This document shows, in pieces, positions 22,334-35,375 of a stretch of 48,979 bases of DNA (its first letter is position 1; each line of letters starts with the position of its first letter). Made by a program: the position numbers and the translations under genes. This DNA is from Chiloscyllium plagiosum (lineage: Eukaryota), in NCBI RefSeq assembly GCF_004010195.1, contig NW_025215373.1, forward strand, positions 95,155 through 144,133. Reading direction: 5' to 3'. Under the pieces are notes generated by a model that had not been told where the DNA came from, made no database searches, and saw only the letters and a program-made list of their open reading frames with translations.

Positions 22334-23041
22334 GGACTGCTTACTGGAATGAAGGAGCTGACTCATCATGACCAGCTAAACAGGCCGGGCTTTTGTTCAT
22401 TAGGGTTTAGGTGAATGAGGGATGATGTTAGTGGAACATGCAAGATCCTGAGGGGGGATGATGAAAGGGTAGGGGTTGAGAAGATGTCTCCATGAGTGAG
22501 AGAGTCTCAGACGAGAGGACATTGTTATAGAATGTGGGGACATTCCTTTAAAATTGAGATGGGAAGGAATTTCTCCTCCCAGAGGGTAGTGAGTGTCTGT
22601 GATTCTCTATCTCTGAAGAGTTGTGGAACGAGGAGGCAGACAGACATTGATAGGTTGACCACCACACAGTGGGGCGGAGAGGGGGTGTGGAGGCCTGAGG
22701 CTGGTCATGATCTTGTTGAATGGCTGGGCAAGCTAGAGGGGCTGAATGGCCTACTCCTGCTATTCCTTACGCTTTAGGACATTCTCATTTTAACCAAACC
22801 TTCGGTTCTATTTGAACATTGGAGTGGCTATTGAGACATGCAGTTGAGAGATGGAAGGGCCAATGACGGCAGGTCAGGGCAGGGTCAGAGGTCACATGCA
22901 GTTGGTGTTGGCGCATGTCCTGTGTATTGGTGTGGGCTGGGGCTGGGTGGGGGGAGAGTGAGGGTTTCTTGCTGTTGGATGCCCTTGGCTCTGTGCCCGG
23001 TGGAGTGACCTTTGTCTGTTTGTCTGTCTGTCTGCTGTTAG

Positions 23042-23216
23042 GCTCTGTGTGCTGCGGTGGTTACCAGTGACCTGGAGGAGACCATGTCCCTGGTGTTCTG
23101 TGGGGCCGATGTGAGCTGTTTCTCTGGGGACCCTGACCTCCCATCTCCAGTTGACCTGGCCCAGCAAGCAGGCCAGGCTCTCCAGGTGGAATTCCTCAAT
23201 CGGAACAAAAACGCAG
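23042..23216 (+). CDS. ARAP1: ARAP1 exon, ankyrin region (ALCAAVVTSDLEET...QVEFLNRNKNA)
   Basis: gttag| ... G|gtgagt; 175 nt. Confidence 0.93.
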
Positions 23217-25379
23217 GTGAGTCTACTATCCCCACCAGCACCTCCCTCACAATCCCATTGGGTACGCAGTCCATTCAGCCCATCCCAGGCTGCTCCACCA
23301 TTCTCCGCCAGGGTCGGAATCCATCTTATTGCTGTTTTCCCATGCCATCCCTTGATGCCATCAGTGCCCAGCGAGGTGTGAATTTCCGTCCTGAGCTTAC
23401 TCAGTGACTGGGATCTCCCAGCTAGAGAGCTCCAAAACGTCACCAGCTTCCTTGTGAAGAGATTCCTCTTTCTCCCAGTCCCAGGTCACCCTTATCCTGA
23501 CACTCTGCACCCTGATCTTCCCTGCATCCACTCTACTGAGCCACAGAAACGTAGAAAACAGGAGTAGGCCATTCAGCCCTTCGAACCTGCTCCACCATTC
23601 CAGATGATCACGGCTGATCCTCCAACCCAGTCCCCTGTTCCTGCTTCCTCCCCCATACCCTTTGATCCCTGTATCCCCTGAGAACTCGATCTAACTCCTG
23701 GCCTTAACCACTTCCTGTGGCAGAGAATTACGCAGGCTCCAGAGGAGGAACTGCTTCTCCCAGAGAGTAGGGAATCTACGGAATTCTCTGCCCCAGGAAG
23801 CAACAGAGGCAGCTTCATTAAATATATTCAGGACCCAGTTGGATGGGTTTCTGCCTGGTTGGGGAATGAAGGGTGATGGGGATAATGCAGGGAGGAGGGG
23901 CTGAGATGATGGACAGATCAGCCATGGCCTTAGTGAATGGCGGAACAGGCTCGACGGGCCAAATAGCCTACTCCTGCTTCTATTCCGCTGAAACACAGGA
24001 AACGGCCATTTGGCCCATCGAGTCTAGCACTCAGGACCGAGATGAGGGGAAATACTTTTACTCAGAGGGTGATGAACATTTGGGATTCTCGATCCCAGGG
24101 GCTCAGTCTTTCAGAACATTGAGGTAGAGGTTGATACATTTTTGATGATCGGTGGGGTAAAGGGTTAGATTCACAGACACTATTACTCTCTGGGTGAAGA
24201 CATCCCTCCTCATCTCAGCCCTAAATGGCCTACCCCATATCCCCTTAGAGCAAGTAAGCTTCAGTATCCTAAAGCCCTGTAAGAATTCTGTATGTTTCTG
24301 TGAGATTGCCCTAATCCTCTTAACCATCAGAGAATTAAGACCCAGGGCCCTCTCCCTCTCCTCACTGGGCAGTCATCCCCTATCGCCAGGGTCACTCTGC
24401 TGACCCTCTGCTGTGAAATGGGGAGACTGAAAGTTGCCTTGTTCCCAGAGACTGCTCCCTCATTAGAGAGGGAGAGGGAGAGACAGGGAGAGAGGGAGGG
24501 GGGAGAGGGAGAGTGGGAGAGAGAAAGGGGGAGACGGAGGGAGAGAGACGGACGGAGGGAGAGAGAGAGAGAGCCATCTATCTGATGGAGATTTAACCTG
24601 AGGGTCAGCACACCTCTGGCGAGGGGAGAGGGTGAGCAGGTGGGACTCTCTGTAATCTCGGCCGGTGCGGTTTTACAGGGAGAAGGCTTCCCCCTGGGTA
24701 GGGGGTGACGATCTGGAACCTGGAGGTCACAGGCTCAGGGTACGGGGTGGATCATTTTGGACTGAGATGGGAAAGATTCCAGTGATCATGTTGAATGGGG
24801 GAGCAGGATCGAAGGACTGAACGGCCTACTGCTGTTCCTAATTTGTACGTTTGTTTATGTTCAGAGGGAGTTGGGTGGGGGGGCCTGGCGATCTCAGGCT
24901 GAAAAGACAGCGAGAGGTGGAAACCACTGTCCCATTTAAAAGCGAAACACCCGACAGTACCCCAGGCTGCGGGGCTTGGGGGGGTGTAACTGACAGTGGG
25001 CGAGTGGGGCCCATCATGGAAATAATGTTCCTCAGCTGCTCAGACACAATGGGCTGAACGGCCTCCTCCTGCTGCTCGTTTCTGTGTTTCTTGGGGCTGG
25101 TGGTTTGTGACTGGGCCTGTTGATGTGATCTGTAATACTCGACCTCAAGGGGGCGTTGGAAGAGGCTTCAGTCAGAACCTTCGAAAGGGGATTGGGTAAG
25201 GGTTTTTGGAGAAGACTTTGTGGGGGGCTGTGGGGAGAAGGTCGGGGGTTGTGTGGGGTGTGGGGGTGGAGTATTGGACAGCTCATTCACAGAGCCGGCG
25301 CTGCACGATGGGCTGTGTAGCAGTTGTTGTTGTAAACAGTTTGCCTATTGGTTTCCTGACTTTTATACACCAGCAGCTG

Positions 25380-25918
25380 GCACTATCCCTGAGGTGCTGT
25401 GGTGGCTACAAGAGCAGGCCAGAGGCTGGGAATCCTGCAGCAAATAACTCACCTTTAGACTCCCCAAAGCCTGTCCACCATCTACAAGGCCCAAGTCAGG
25501 AGTGTGATGGAATGCTCCCCTCTTGCCCTGGATAGGGGCAGCTCCAACTACACTCATAAAGCTTGACACCATCCAGGACAAAGCAGCCCCCACTTGATTG
25601 GCACCACATCCACAAACTTCCCCCACCGTCGCTCAGTAGCTGCAGTGTGTACCATCTATAAGGTGCCCTGCAGGAACTCACCAAAGATCCTCAGGCAGCA
25701 CCTTCCAAACCCACCTTCCATCTAGAAGGACAAGGGGCAGCAGATACATGGGAACACCACCCCCCTGCAAGTTCCCTTCCAAGCAACTCCCCATCCTGAC
25801 TTGGAAAAATATCGCCGTTCCTTCAGTGTCACTGGGTCACAATCTTGGAATTCCCTCCCTCAGGGCATTGTGGGTCTACCCACAGCACACGGACTGCAGT
25901 CCACCTTCTCAAGAGGTA
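25380..25918 (+). mobile_element. LINE 3' fragment (L2/CR1-group, family not assigned); other copies at about 255-540(+), 13985-14465(-) and 37100-37290(+)
   Basis: Shared block gggaacaccac..ctgcaagttccc..catcctgacttggaaatatatc..ttccttcagtgtcactgggtc. Confidence 0.6.
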
Positions 25919-26569
25919 ACTAAGGCCCTACCAGTGCCACCCACGTCTCACAAGGGAACTGAGAAGAAGGTCACAAGTCTGGCTCTTACTGGGAGGCCTT
26001 TGGTAATTCTGGTTTGTGAACATGTTTTAACGTCATCTTTGAGAGATGTACCAGTTCCTGAGGCAGGATCCTCACCAGATCCTCTGGTTGGTCAGTCCCC
26101 TTCCTAAATCTGTAGTGAACCACTCCCACCCCCATCCTATGTCTCTCACAATCTGGCCTATGGGTTGACCGACAAATTGGTCTTGTACCCCCCAACCTCC
26201 CATCAGATCTCCCTGAAAGCCCTACGTGTCTAAAGGTTCGAGGAGTATCCTAGCAACCTCATGATGCGGTGGTACAGGAGCCATTGACCAAACACGGCTG
26301 TGGGACTCTGTCTCATCTGAAAGTCACGTGACACCAAATTGAGGCTTCCTCTTGAGTGGCTCACTATCCCCAGAAGACCCAGACTTCCCTCCCTCCCTGC
26401 CTCGGTTCTGTATCCTGGTCAATATTTGTCCCTCGATCACTGAACCCAATGATTTTCACATTGCTGTTTTTGGGATCTTGCTGTGCGCCACTTGCCTGGT
26501 TGTGTTTCCTGCCCTTCTCAAAGTGGGATATTAACGGCAGCTCCCTGCTCTGGGTTTGTTACGTTGCAG

Positions 26570-26701
26570 AGACTCCGCGTTTAGAGTTGGGATATTTCGA
26601 TAGGCAGTATTACGTAGCCCCTCCATCCATCACACACAACGGCTACCTCTACAAGACAGCATCCATGGGTAAACCAATCACAGAGAAGAAATCCAGAGAA
26701 G
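26570..26701 (+). CDS. ARAP1: ARAP1 exon, start of PH3 (TPRLELGYFDRQYY...HNGYLYKTASMGKPITEKKSRE)
   Basis: tgcag| ... G|gtaagt; 132 nt. Confidence 0.92.
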
Positions 26702-26744
26702 GTAAGTCACCTGATTCACTCTGAGCTTTGTCCTTTACAAGGGT

Positions 26745-29720
26745 CAATGATGGAGAGATGTCCTCTTTAACAGAATCCTCTATGGAGAGATCCTCCCTTT
26801 GACAGGGATCCCCAATGGAGAGGCTTCCCCTTTAACAGGAATCCCAGTTGAGAGGTTCCCCCTTTAATAGGGATCCCGAATGGAGAAATTCCCCCTTTGA
26901 GAGATCCCCAATGGAAAGAGATTTCCCCCTTTGATAGATCCCTGAATTAAGAGATTCCCCTTTGACAGGGATCCCAAATGGAGAGATTTCCCCCTTTAGA
27001 CAGATCCCCAAATTGAGAAATTCCCCTTTAACAGGAATCCCAGTCGAGAGATTCCCCCTTTTAACTGGGATCCCTAATGGGGAGATTCCCCTTTAACAGG
27101 GATCCCGAGTGGAGAGATTTCACCTTTAACAGGGATCGCTAGTGGATAGATTCCCCTTTAACAGGGATCCCGAGTGGAGAGATTCCCCCTTTAACAGGGA
27201 TCCCTAATGGAGAGATTCCCCTTTAACAGGGATCCCTAATGGAGAGATTCCCCTTTAACAGGGATCCCGAGTGGATAGATTCCCCCTTTAACAGGGATCC
27301 CTAATGGAGAGATTCCCCCTTTAACAGGGATCCCGAGTGGATAGATTCCCCCTTTAACAGGGATCCCGAGTGGAGAGATTCCCCTTTAACAGGGATCCCG
27401 AGTGGAGAGATTCCCCCTTTAACAGGGATCCGAGTGGAGAGATTCCCCCTTTAACCGGGATCCCTAATGGAGAGATTCCCCTTTAACAGGGATCGCTAAT
27501 GGAGAGTTTCGCCTTTTAACAGGGATCCCGAGTGGAGAGATTCCCCTTTAACAGGAATCCCTAGTGGATAGATTCCACCTTTAACAGGGATCCCGAGTGG
27601 TGAGATTCCCCTTTAACAGGGATACCGAGTGGAGAGATTCCCCTTTAACAGGGATCCCGAGTGGATAGATTCCCCCTTTAACAGGGATCCCGAGTGGAGT
27701 GATTTCCCCTTTAACAGGGATCCCGAGTGGAGAGATTCCCCTTTAACAGGGATCCCTAATGGAGAGATTCCCCCTTTGTCAGGAATCCCTAATGGAGAGA
27801 TTCCCCTTTAACCGGGATCCCTAATGGAGAGATTCCCCTTTAACCGGGATCCCTAATGGAGAGATTTCCCTTTAACAGGGATCGCTAATGGAGAGTTTCG
27901 CCTTTTAACAGGGATCCCGAGTGGAGAGATTCCCCTTTAACAGGGATCCCTAATGGAGAGTTTCGCCTTTTAACAGGGATCCCGAGTGGAGAGATTCCCC
28001 TTTAACAGGAATCCCGAGTGGAGAGATTCCCCCTTTAACAGGGATCCCGAGTGGAGAGATTCCCCCTTTGTCAGGAATCCCTAATGGATAGATTCCCCCT
28101 TTAACAGGGATCCCTAATGGAGAGATTTCCCCTTTAACAGGGATCCCGAGAGGAGAGATTCCCCCTTTAACAGGGATCCCGAGTGGAGGGATTCCCGCTT
28201 TAACAGGGATCCCGAGTGGAGGGTTTCCCCCTTTAACAGGAATCCCGAGTGGAGAGATTCCCCCTTTAACAGGGATCCCTAATGGAGAGTTTCCCCCTTT
28301 AACAGGGATCCCGAGTGGAGAGATTCCCCCTTTAACAGGGATCCCGAGTGGATAGATTCCCCCTTTAACAGGGATCCCGAGTGGAGAGATTCCCCTTTAA
28401 CAGGGATCCTGAGTGGAGGGATTCCCCTTTTACAGGGATCCCTAATGGAGAGTTTCGCCTTTTAACAGGGATCCCGAGTGGAGAGATTCCCCTTTAACAG
28501 GGATCCCGAGTGGAGAGATTCCCCTTTAACAGGGATCCCGAGTGGAGAGATTCCCCTTTAACAGGGATCCCGAGTGGAGAGATTCCCCTTTAACAGGGAT
28601 CCCGAGTGGAGAGATTCCCCTTTAACAGGGATCCCGAGTGGAGAGATTCCCCTTTAACAGGGATCCCGAGTGGAGAGATTCCCCTTTAACAGGGATCCCG
28701 AGTGGAGAGATTCCCCTTTAACAGGGATCCCGAGTGGAGAGATTCCCCTTTAACAGGGATCCCGAGTGGAGAGATTCCCCTTTAACAGGGATCCCGAGTG
28801 GAGAGATTCCCCTTTAACAGGGATCCCGAGTGGAGAGATTCCCCTTTAACAGGGATCCCGAGTGGAGAGATTCCCCTTTAACAGGGATCCCGAGTGGAGA
28901 GATTCCCCTTTAACAGGGATCCCGAGTGGAGAGATTCCCCTTTAACCGGGATCCCTAATGGAGAGATTCCCCTTTAACAGGGATCCCGAGTGGAGAGATT
29001 CCCCCTTTAACAGGGATCCCGAGTGGAGAGATTCCCCTTTAACAGGGATCCTGAGTGGAGGGATTCCCCTTTTACAGGAATCCCGAGTGGAGAGATTCCC
29101 CTTTTACAGGAATCCCGAGTGGAGAGATTCCCCCTTTAACAGGGATCCCGAGTGGAGAGATTCCCCTTTAACAGGGACCCCTAATGGAGAGATTCCCCTT
29201 TTACAGGAATCCCGAGTGGAGGGATTCCCCTTTAACAGGGATCCCGAGTGGAGAGATTCCCCTTTAACAGGGATCCCGAGTGGAGGGATTCCCCTTTTAC
29301 AGGAATCCCGAGTGGAGAGATTCCCCTTTAACAGGACTCCCGAGTGGAGAGATTCCCCTTTAACAGGGATCCCGAGTGGAGGGATTCCCCCTTTAACAGG
29401 AATCCCGAGTGGAGAGATTCCCCTTTAACAGGACTCCCGAGTGGAGAGATTCCCTTTAACAGGAATCCCGAGTGGAGAGATTCCCCCTTTAACAGGGATC
29501 CCGAGTGGAGGGATTCCCCTTTTACAGGAATCCCGAGTGGAGAGATTCCCTTTGACAGGGATCCCGAGTGGAGAGATTCCCCTTTAACAGGAATCCCGAG
29601 TGGAGAGATTCCCCTTTAACAGGGATCCCTAATGGAGAGATTCTCCCTTTGTCAGATCCCCATTGGAGAGATTCCTTCTTTAACAGGGATCCCCAAATGG
29701 ACAGACTCTCCCTTTCAAAT
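26745..29720. repeat. 32-bp minisatellite, about 90 copies, filling most of one intron
   Basis: (tttaacagggatcccgagtggagagattcccc)n; homogeneous core about 28470-28945, degenerate edges. Confidence 0.97.
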
Positions 29721-29944
29721 GGGGCCCTTGGTAGTGAGACCCCCTTGTTTGAGGAACGCTCGATAGTGACATTCCTGTTTGGAAAGGCTCGCTGCGAGCG
29801 AGTCTTGCTCTGGGATCGGAGCCAGGATGCTGTCTGTCCACATTGGATCCGATCTGTTTGATGGGCTCACCGTTCGCGACGTCGTTCATGTGTAACCCCC
29901 CTCCAGACTTGCAGCTGACTCTGTTTCTGTTGATGTTGTGGTAG

Positions 29945-30080
29945 AGTTCAGCAAGCGATGGTGTGTCCTGGATAACGGGTTACTGAGTTACTACGAGAGT
30001 GACAGGAACTCCACGCCCAATGGGACCATTGAGATGCGGGACGTTGTGTGTCTCAGTATCAATAGTCCAGCGGCACACGG
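29945..30080 (+). CDS. ARAP1: ARAP1 exon, PH3 (FSKRWCVLDNGLLSYYESDRNSTPNGTIEMRDVVCLSINSPAAH)
   Basis: ggtag| ... GG|gtaggt; 136 nt; translated by hand. Confidence 0.93.
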
Positions 30081-30430
30081 GTAGGTGCTGAACAAACTCT
30101 GCGTCACTCTGTCGGCTGGCAGGTTACACCCTGTGGGTGCTGAATTGTACAAACCATCAAACATTGTCATTTTCAGTTTGGAATGTTTGGGAAATTGTCT
30201 GATTGCTGCTCAGGACAAATCAATTCACACCGGGCTTCACCAGGAGCAGAAACGATCTCCATTTACCAAACTTTTAGCAAATGGCAGTGAAAAGCTGATG
30301 TCTAATCTTCCACCACGCAACTTGAACTCTGACCCCTTTCGAACCGTGAATACAGACCGACACATTCACAGTTAAAAACTCAAAAACCACACAACACCAG
30401 GTTATAGTCCAACAGGTTTAATTGGAAGCA

Positions 30431-30465
30431 CACTAGCTTTCGGAGCGACGCTCCTTCATCAGGTG
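30431..30465 (-). ncRNA. Minimal hammerhead motif (antisense copy)
   Basis: Exact reverse complement of 30707-30741. Confidence 0.7.
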
Positions 30466-30706
30466 ATAGTGGGGGGCTCGATCATAACACAGAATTTATA
30501 GCAAAAATTTACAGTGTGATGTAACTGATATTATACATTGAAGAATTGATTGTATGTTAAGCCTTTTATCTGTTAGAATACAGTGATAGTTTCACTTCTT
30601 TCATGTGTAAATCACAAAACCCTTTTTTTTTTAAAAAATGGGGTTAGCTGTTAACAATGGTGATAGCTAGACAATATGTTGAAAAGACAATTGAGCCCTC
30701 CACTAC

Positions 30707-30741
30707 CACCTGATGAAGGAGCGTCGCTCCGAAAGCTAGTG
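30707..30741 (+). ncRNA. Minimal type I hammerhead ribozyme motif
   Basis: cac CTGATGA a ggagc gtc gctcc GAAA gc TA gtg: stem I cac/gtg, stem II ggagc/gctcc, palindromic AGCT stem III. Confidence 0.72.
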
Positions 30742-31595
30742 TGCTTCCAGTTAAACCTGTTGGACTATAACTTGGTGTTGTGTGATTTTTAACTTTGTAC
30801 ACCCCAGTCCAACACCGGCGCCTCCAAATCATGACAGTTAAAAACAATCACAAGACAGACAGTTTGACCCAGATATAATGGGTGGGAAAAAGAAAATAGA
30901 CTGGGATTGATTTCCTGCAGATCAAAAGATCCAACTTCAAAGGTGATTGAAATCATCTCACACGATGTGGGTGCCACTGGTTGGGCCAGTGTTTATTGCC
31001 CATCCCTAATTACCCACAGGGCAGTTAAGAGTCAGCCACATTGCTGTGGGTCTGGAGACACATGTAGGCCAGACCAGGTAAGGATGGCTGATTCCTTCCC
31101 ATTGGTGAACTAGATGGGTTTTAAAAGAGCTGCCAGTGGTTTCATGATCCTCGTAACTCTAGACTTTTATTGAATTCAAATTCTACCCTTTACTGTGGCG
31201 GGCTTCAAACCCAGAACGTGACCTGGGTCTCGAGATTAACAGTCCAGTGATAATACCATTAGGCTATCATATCCTCTGACCATAAAGTATTTAACTTCCT
31301 ACCATCTCGAAAGTACTCTGATCTAGCGTTTATCAGGCCACGATGGATAACCTTTACTTGCTCAGATTGACCTCTGTCTGCCACAGTTTAGCCCACTCAG
31401 AAAAACCCTTGGACAATGTGCGTGTGTCTGGAGTACACTTGCCAACCGGAGAGAATGGCATTGTATCACAGAGGTGCTCCCCGCTGTGTGTGAGAGGGAG
31501 GAGCGATGTGGAGTTATCTGTGTCGGGCTGGGGCAGGCAAGGTCAGAACTCAGACGACACCAGGTTATAGTTCGACAGGTTTATCGGAACTGACT

Positions 31596-31632
31596 TCACC
31601 TGAGGAAGGAGCAGTGCTCTGAAAGCTTGTGA
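31596..31632 (+). ncRNA. Minimal hammerhead motif inside a short Penelope-derived inverted repeat (about 31543-31685)
   Basis: tcac CTGAGGA a ggagc agt gctct GAAA gc TT gtga. Confidence 0.65.
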
Positions 31633-31835
31633 TTTCAAATAAACCTGTTGGACTATGACCTGATATTGTGTGACCTCTGACCTTGAGTGTTAGGAGGGCT
31701 AACAGGAGAGTTATTCTGGATCTTGTTGGCTGATCTCTGTGTGCTTTGTTGCTCAGGTCAGCGAGCCTTCAATTTTCGCTCAGGGGTTAAACGTTCCCTC
31801 ACCAAATGTTTCCAATTTTCTTCCCTCGCCTTCAG

Positions 31836-31938
31836 GTTCGAACACACATTTGAGGTGTTCACAGATTCTGAACGTCTGTTCATGTTCGGGACAGACAACG
31901 CACAGTCCAACAAAGCCTGGGTCAAATCCATTGCCAAG
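31836..31938 (+). CDS. ARAP1: ARAP1 exon, PH3 (FEHTFEVFTDSERLFMFGTDNAQSNKAWVKSIAK)
   Basis: ttcag| ... AAG|gtaacg; 103 nt. Confidence 0.93.
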
Positions 31939-32264
31939 GTAACGCACCGTCGGAACGGTGGGGGGGTCCAAAAGCTGAATTTGGGCAGCGCCTTTCAGAT
32001 TGAGCCAAGTCCCCTCCCAGCCCATGAAGTGCTGTCTGTGATGTAGCTGATGTTACAACGCAGGAAATGTCACTTACTGCACAGCAAGATCCCACAAACA
32101 GCAACCCGACCCGATGATTGGTTTTTTAAAATTTGTGTGTGATGTTGATTAAAGACCATGGCACTCGTGAGGCCTTACCAACAGACAGCATTCCCCAGCA
32201 CTCCAGCAGCCTCTCAGTACAGCACTGCAGCATGGACCATGGATACACATAGACACATGGGGAC

Positions 32265-32600
32265 TCACTCTCTCACACACACACACACACAGTCTCTCTC
32301 TCATACAGAGTCTACACACTCACTCATACACACGGAGTCTCTGTCTCACACACTCACTCATGTACATTCTCATACATAAGCACACACACTCTCTCACTCA
32401 TACGTAAACTCACTCATACACACAAACACAGTCTCTCTCTTTCATACAGAGTCTTTCGCACACACACACACACACTCATGTCTTACACTCACTCATGTAC
32501 ACACTCATACACAAGCGCACACAGAGTCTCTCTCACTCATACATAAACTCTCTCACACACACACAGTCTCTCTATCTCTCTCACACACACACACACATAC
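32265..32600. repeat. CA/CT low-complexity tract; other microsatellites at 4603-4663, 7951-7975, 10583-10830, 16259-16316, 34355-34560, 47269-47348 and 48893-48979
   Basis: Dinucleotide runs. Confidence 0.9.
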
Positions 32601-32917
32601 GTGTGCTTGCATGTATACACGCACTCTCACATGTCTGTGCACACATGTTCATCCTTACAGGTACAGGCATTCCTCAGGCGGTACCATGGAGCACATGGAC
32701 TCGGTTCCATGTGAGCAGCTGGCCCCTTGTGGCTGCTCGTTGCTGTGTGGTCGTGTGTGCCCCTTGTTGGAGATGCAGGTATTTTCCAGGTGGGGTTAGT
32801 GAACAGCAACCCCTGACCTGGATTCTCCATCTTTAAACGCTCCTGTTGGGGATTCTGGACCCCACTGTCGTTTTCCTGATTTAAGAGTGACTGTCTCCTC
32901 TTCTGTTCTCTCTGCAG

Positions 32918-33110
32918 TCCTTCCTCCCGGCTGGGATTGACCTCCTGAACCACGAGTTTGAGCGGATCGGGCGTTTACAATACAAGGACGGTCTGAATCT
33001 GGAGCAGGTGAAGGTGGGCTGGTTTGCGCTGGTGAGCTCCACGCTCTACGTCTGGTTCCAGGATTCCGACAAAGAGGAGGCCATTAACCTGAGGAAGCTA
33101 CAGGAGTTGT
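32918..33110 (+). CDS. ARAP1: ARAP1 exon, PH4 (SFLPAGIDLLNHEFERIGRL...INLRKLQEL)
   Basis: tctgcag| ... T|gtaagg; 193 nt. Confidence 0.93.
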
Positions 33111-33559
33111 GTAAGGCGGTATCTTCCATCTTCACCCTGTGTTCATCCCTTCCAATCCTTCCAAGTCCATTCCCAGCCCCTGTTCCTCCCAAACCCTTCC
33201 CTGGCTCTTATAGTTCTTAGAGCTAAAGGATCACAGGTTATGGGGAGAGAGCAGGGCCAGGGGCTTGAGCTGGATGAGAATGGTGGAGCAGGCCCGAAGG
33301 GCTGAATGGTCTACCCCTGTTATTTTTGATGTTCCTCTGTCTCCTGTTGTGTTGCTCACTCCTGGTCATCTTGCGCTTGTGTGCAGTGAGCAATTTGGCA
33401 GAGTCGGGGAAGGACATTGTTCACCAGAACCTCAGGATTTCTCAATTCACGTTCCACCCACCACACAGTCCCCCTTAACACGTCATTTCATTCCCGAGAC
33501 CTGGGGTTGGGGGGGGGTAGCAGGGAATCAGGATGGGTCATGGGATGTTGGCCCTTATT

Positions 33560-34180
33560 TCAAGGGGGTTGGAGTTTAAGAGTAGGGAGGTCTTACTGCA
33601 ACTGTACAAGGTGCTGGGGAGGTCACTGATGGAGCACTGTGAGCTGTTCCCATCCCTTATTTAAGGAAAGATATCATTTCATTGGAGGTAGTTGAGAGAA
33701 GGTTCACTAGGATGGTCCCTGGGATGGGGAGGGATTGTTTTCTGAACAAAGGTTAAACAGGTTGGGACACTACTCCCTGGAGTTTAGAAGAATGAGAGGG
33801 GATCTCATTGAAACATCCAGGATTCTTAAGGGGCTTGAGTGGGTCAATGCTGTGAGGATGTTTCCCCTCATGGGAGGGTCTAGGACCAGAGGGCACAGTC
33901 TCAGAATAAAGGGGCACCAATTTCAGACTGAGATGGGGAGGAATTTCTCCTGAGGTTTGAGAGTCTTTGGAACTCCTCGTCACAGAGAGCTGTGTGGGCA
34001 GAGTCCTTGTGGATATTTAAGGCTGAGAGAGATTTTACATCATTCGGGGAATGAAGGGATACAGGGAAAGGGCAGGAAAGTGGATGTGAGGAATGTGGGA
34101 TCAGCCATGATCCTATTGAATGGGGGAGCTAGCTCGAGGGGCTGAATGGCCTGCTCCTGTTCCTCTTCCTGATGGTCTTT
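33560..34180 (+). mobile_element. CR1-type LINE 3' fragment
   Basis: RLNRLGHYSLEFRRMRGDLIET...SRTRGHSLRIKG; tail gggctgaatggcctgctcctgttcct. Confidence 0.8.
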
Positions 34181-35108
34181 CTCATCCCAATATTCCAAAG
34201 GTCATAAATACAAAACAAAAACCGTTTTTCCCTGTTACTGAGGTTACTATTAAAATACCCAAACACAATTATTAACAAAGGAAACTTTAATAAAGATGCA
34301 GTAATTGCTTAACGTACACAATTAGTAATAAAGCTTATCTCTGTATATAACTGCAATACACACATGTGCACACCATACGCACCTGTACACACGTACACGT
34401 ACACACACGCACCACGTACACGCACATACGTACACAGCAGACCCACACACATACATGGACATGCCCTTGTGTACTTACATAAACAAATACACACACACAC
34501 ACACACACACACACTACGTGCGGGCATACATGCACATTCTCACGTGGATGTGTGTACTTACACAGACACAGGAAACAGTAACAGATTTGACTTGAGTAAT
34601 TGACTTTCTCAGAGTTTGCCAGTGGGTCATTCTGAAGCAAAAGGACAATGTGTAGTATGTGCTGGAATCTCATGGTCTGGCAGGGTTGGTCAAATCACTC
34701 ATCAGACAAGATTATAGGTTAGAAAACGTAGAAATATAGAAAATAAGAGCAGGCCATTCAGCCCTTTGTGATCATGGCTGATCATCCAGCTCAGTCCCCT
34801 GTTCACTCTTTCTCCCCCACATCCTTTCATCCCTTTCGCTCGAAGAACTGGATCATTCTTGAAAACTTTCAGTATTTTTGCCTCACCGGCTTTGTGTGGT
34901 AGTAAATTCTGCAGTGGCAGGGTCAGGCAGAGTGGGTAAAAGGGACATTGTGCTCGACAAATCCACTGGGATTGGTAAAGGATGTAACCAGCAGTGATGG
35001 TAAGGGGAGCCAAAGGATGTGGTTCACTGGGACTTTGAGAAGGTCCCTCAGGAGAGATGAGAGTCCATGGCATTGGCTGCTGTGGCCTAAAGTGAATAGA
35101 GAACTGGT

Positions 35109-35375
35109 CATGATTTGGAGACGCTGGTGTTGGACTGGGGTGTACAAAGTTATAAATCTCACAACACCAGGTTATAGTCCAACAGGTTTAATTGGAAGCA
35201 CACTAGCTTTCGGAGCGACGCTCCTTCATCAGGTGGTTGTAGAGAATAAGATAGTAAGAGACAGATTTAAAGCAAAAGTTTACAGTGTGATGTAACTGAA
35301 ATTATATATTGAAAAAGACCAGGAGTGATTCCGGGTAAACCTGTTGGACGATAACCTGGTGTGGTGTGATTTATA
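35109..35375 (-). mobile_element. Penelope-derived element with a hammerhead at 35201-35235 (-) and a short inverted arm
   Basis: Same family as 30380-30833; hammerhead identical to 30431-30465. Confidence 0.75.

Larger units (their letters stand above)
30380..30833. mobile_element. Penelope-derived element with inverted arms of about 110 bp, each carrying a hammerhead
   Basis: Arms at about 30382-30482 and 30690-30790; perfect 12-bp direct repeat acagttaaaaac at 30368-30379 and 30834-30845. Confidence 0.82.

Noticed and set aside
26745..29861. CRISPR array (32-bp unit with palindrome) or coding repeats
   Set aside because: No spacers and no cas genes; unit length varies and shifts frame; it lies inside a clean GT-AG intron.
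32661..32778. Cryptic 118-nt exon (ttacag|...CAG|gtattt)
   Set aside because: Not needed for frame, contains a stop and shows no ARAP similarity; no supporting evidence.
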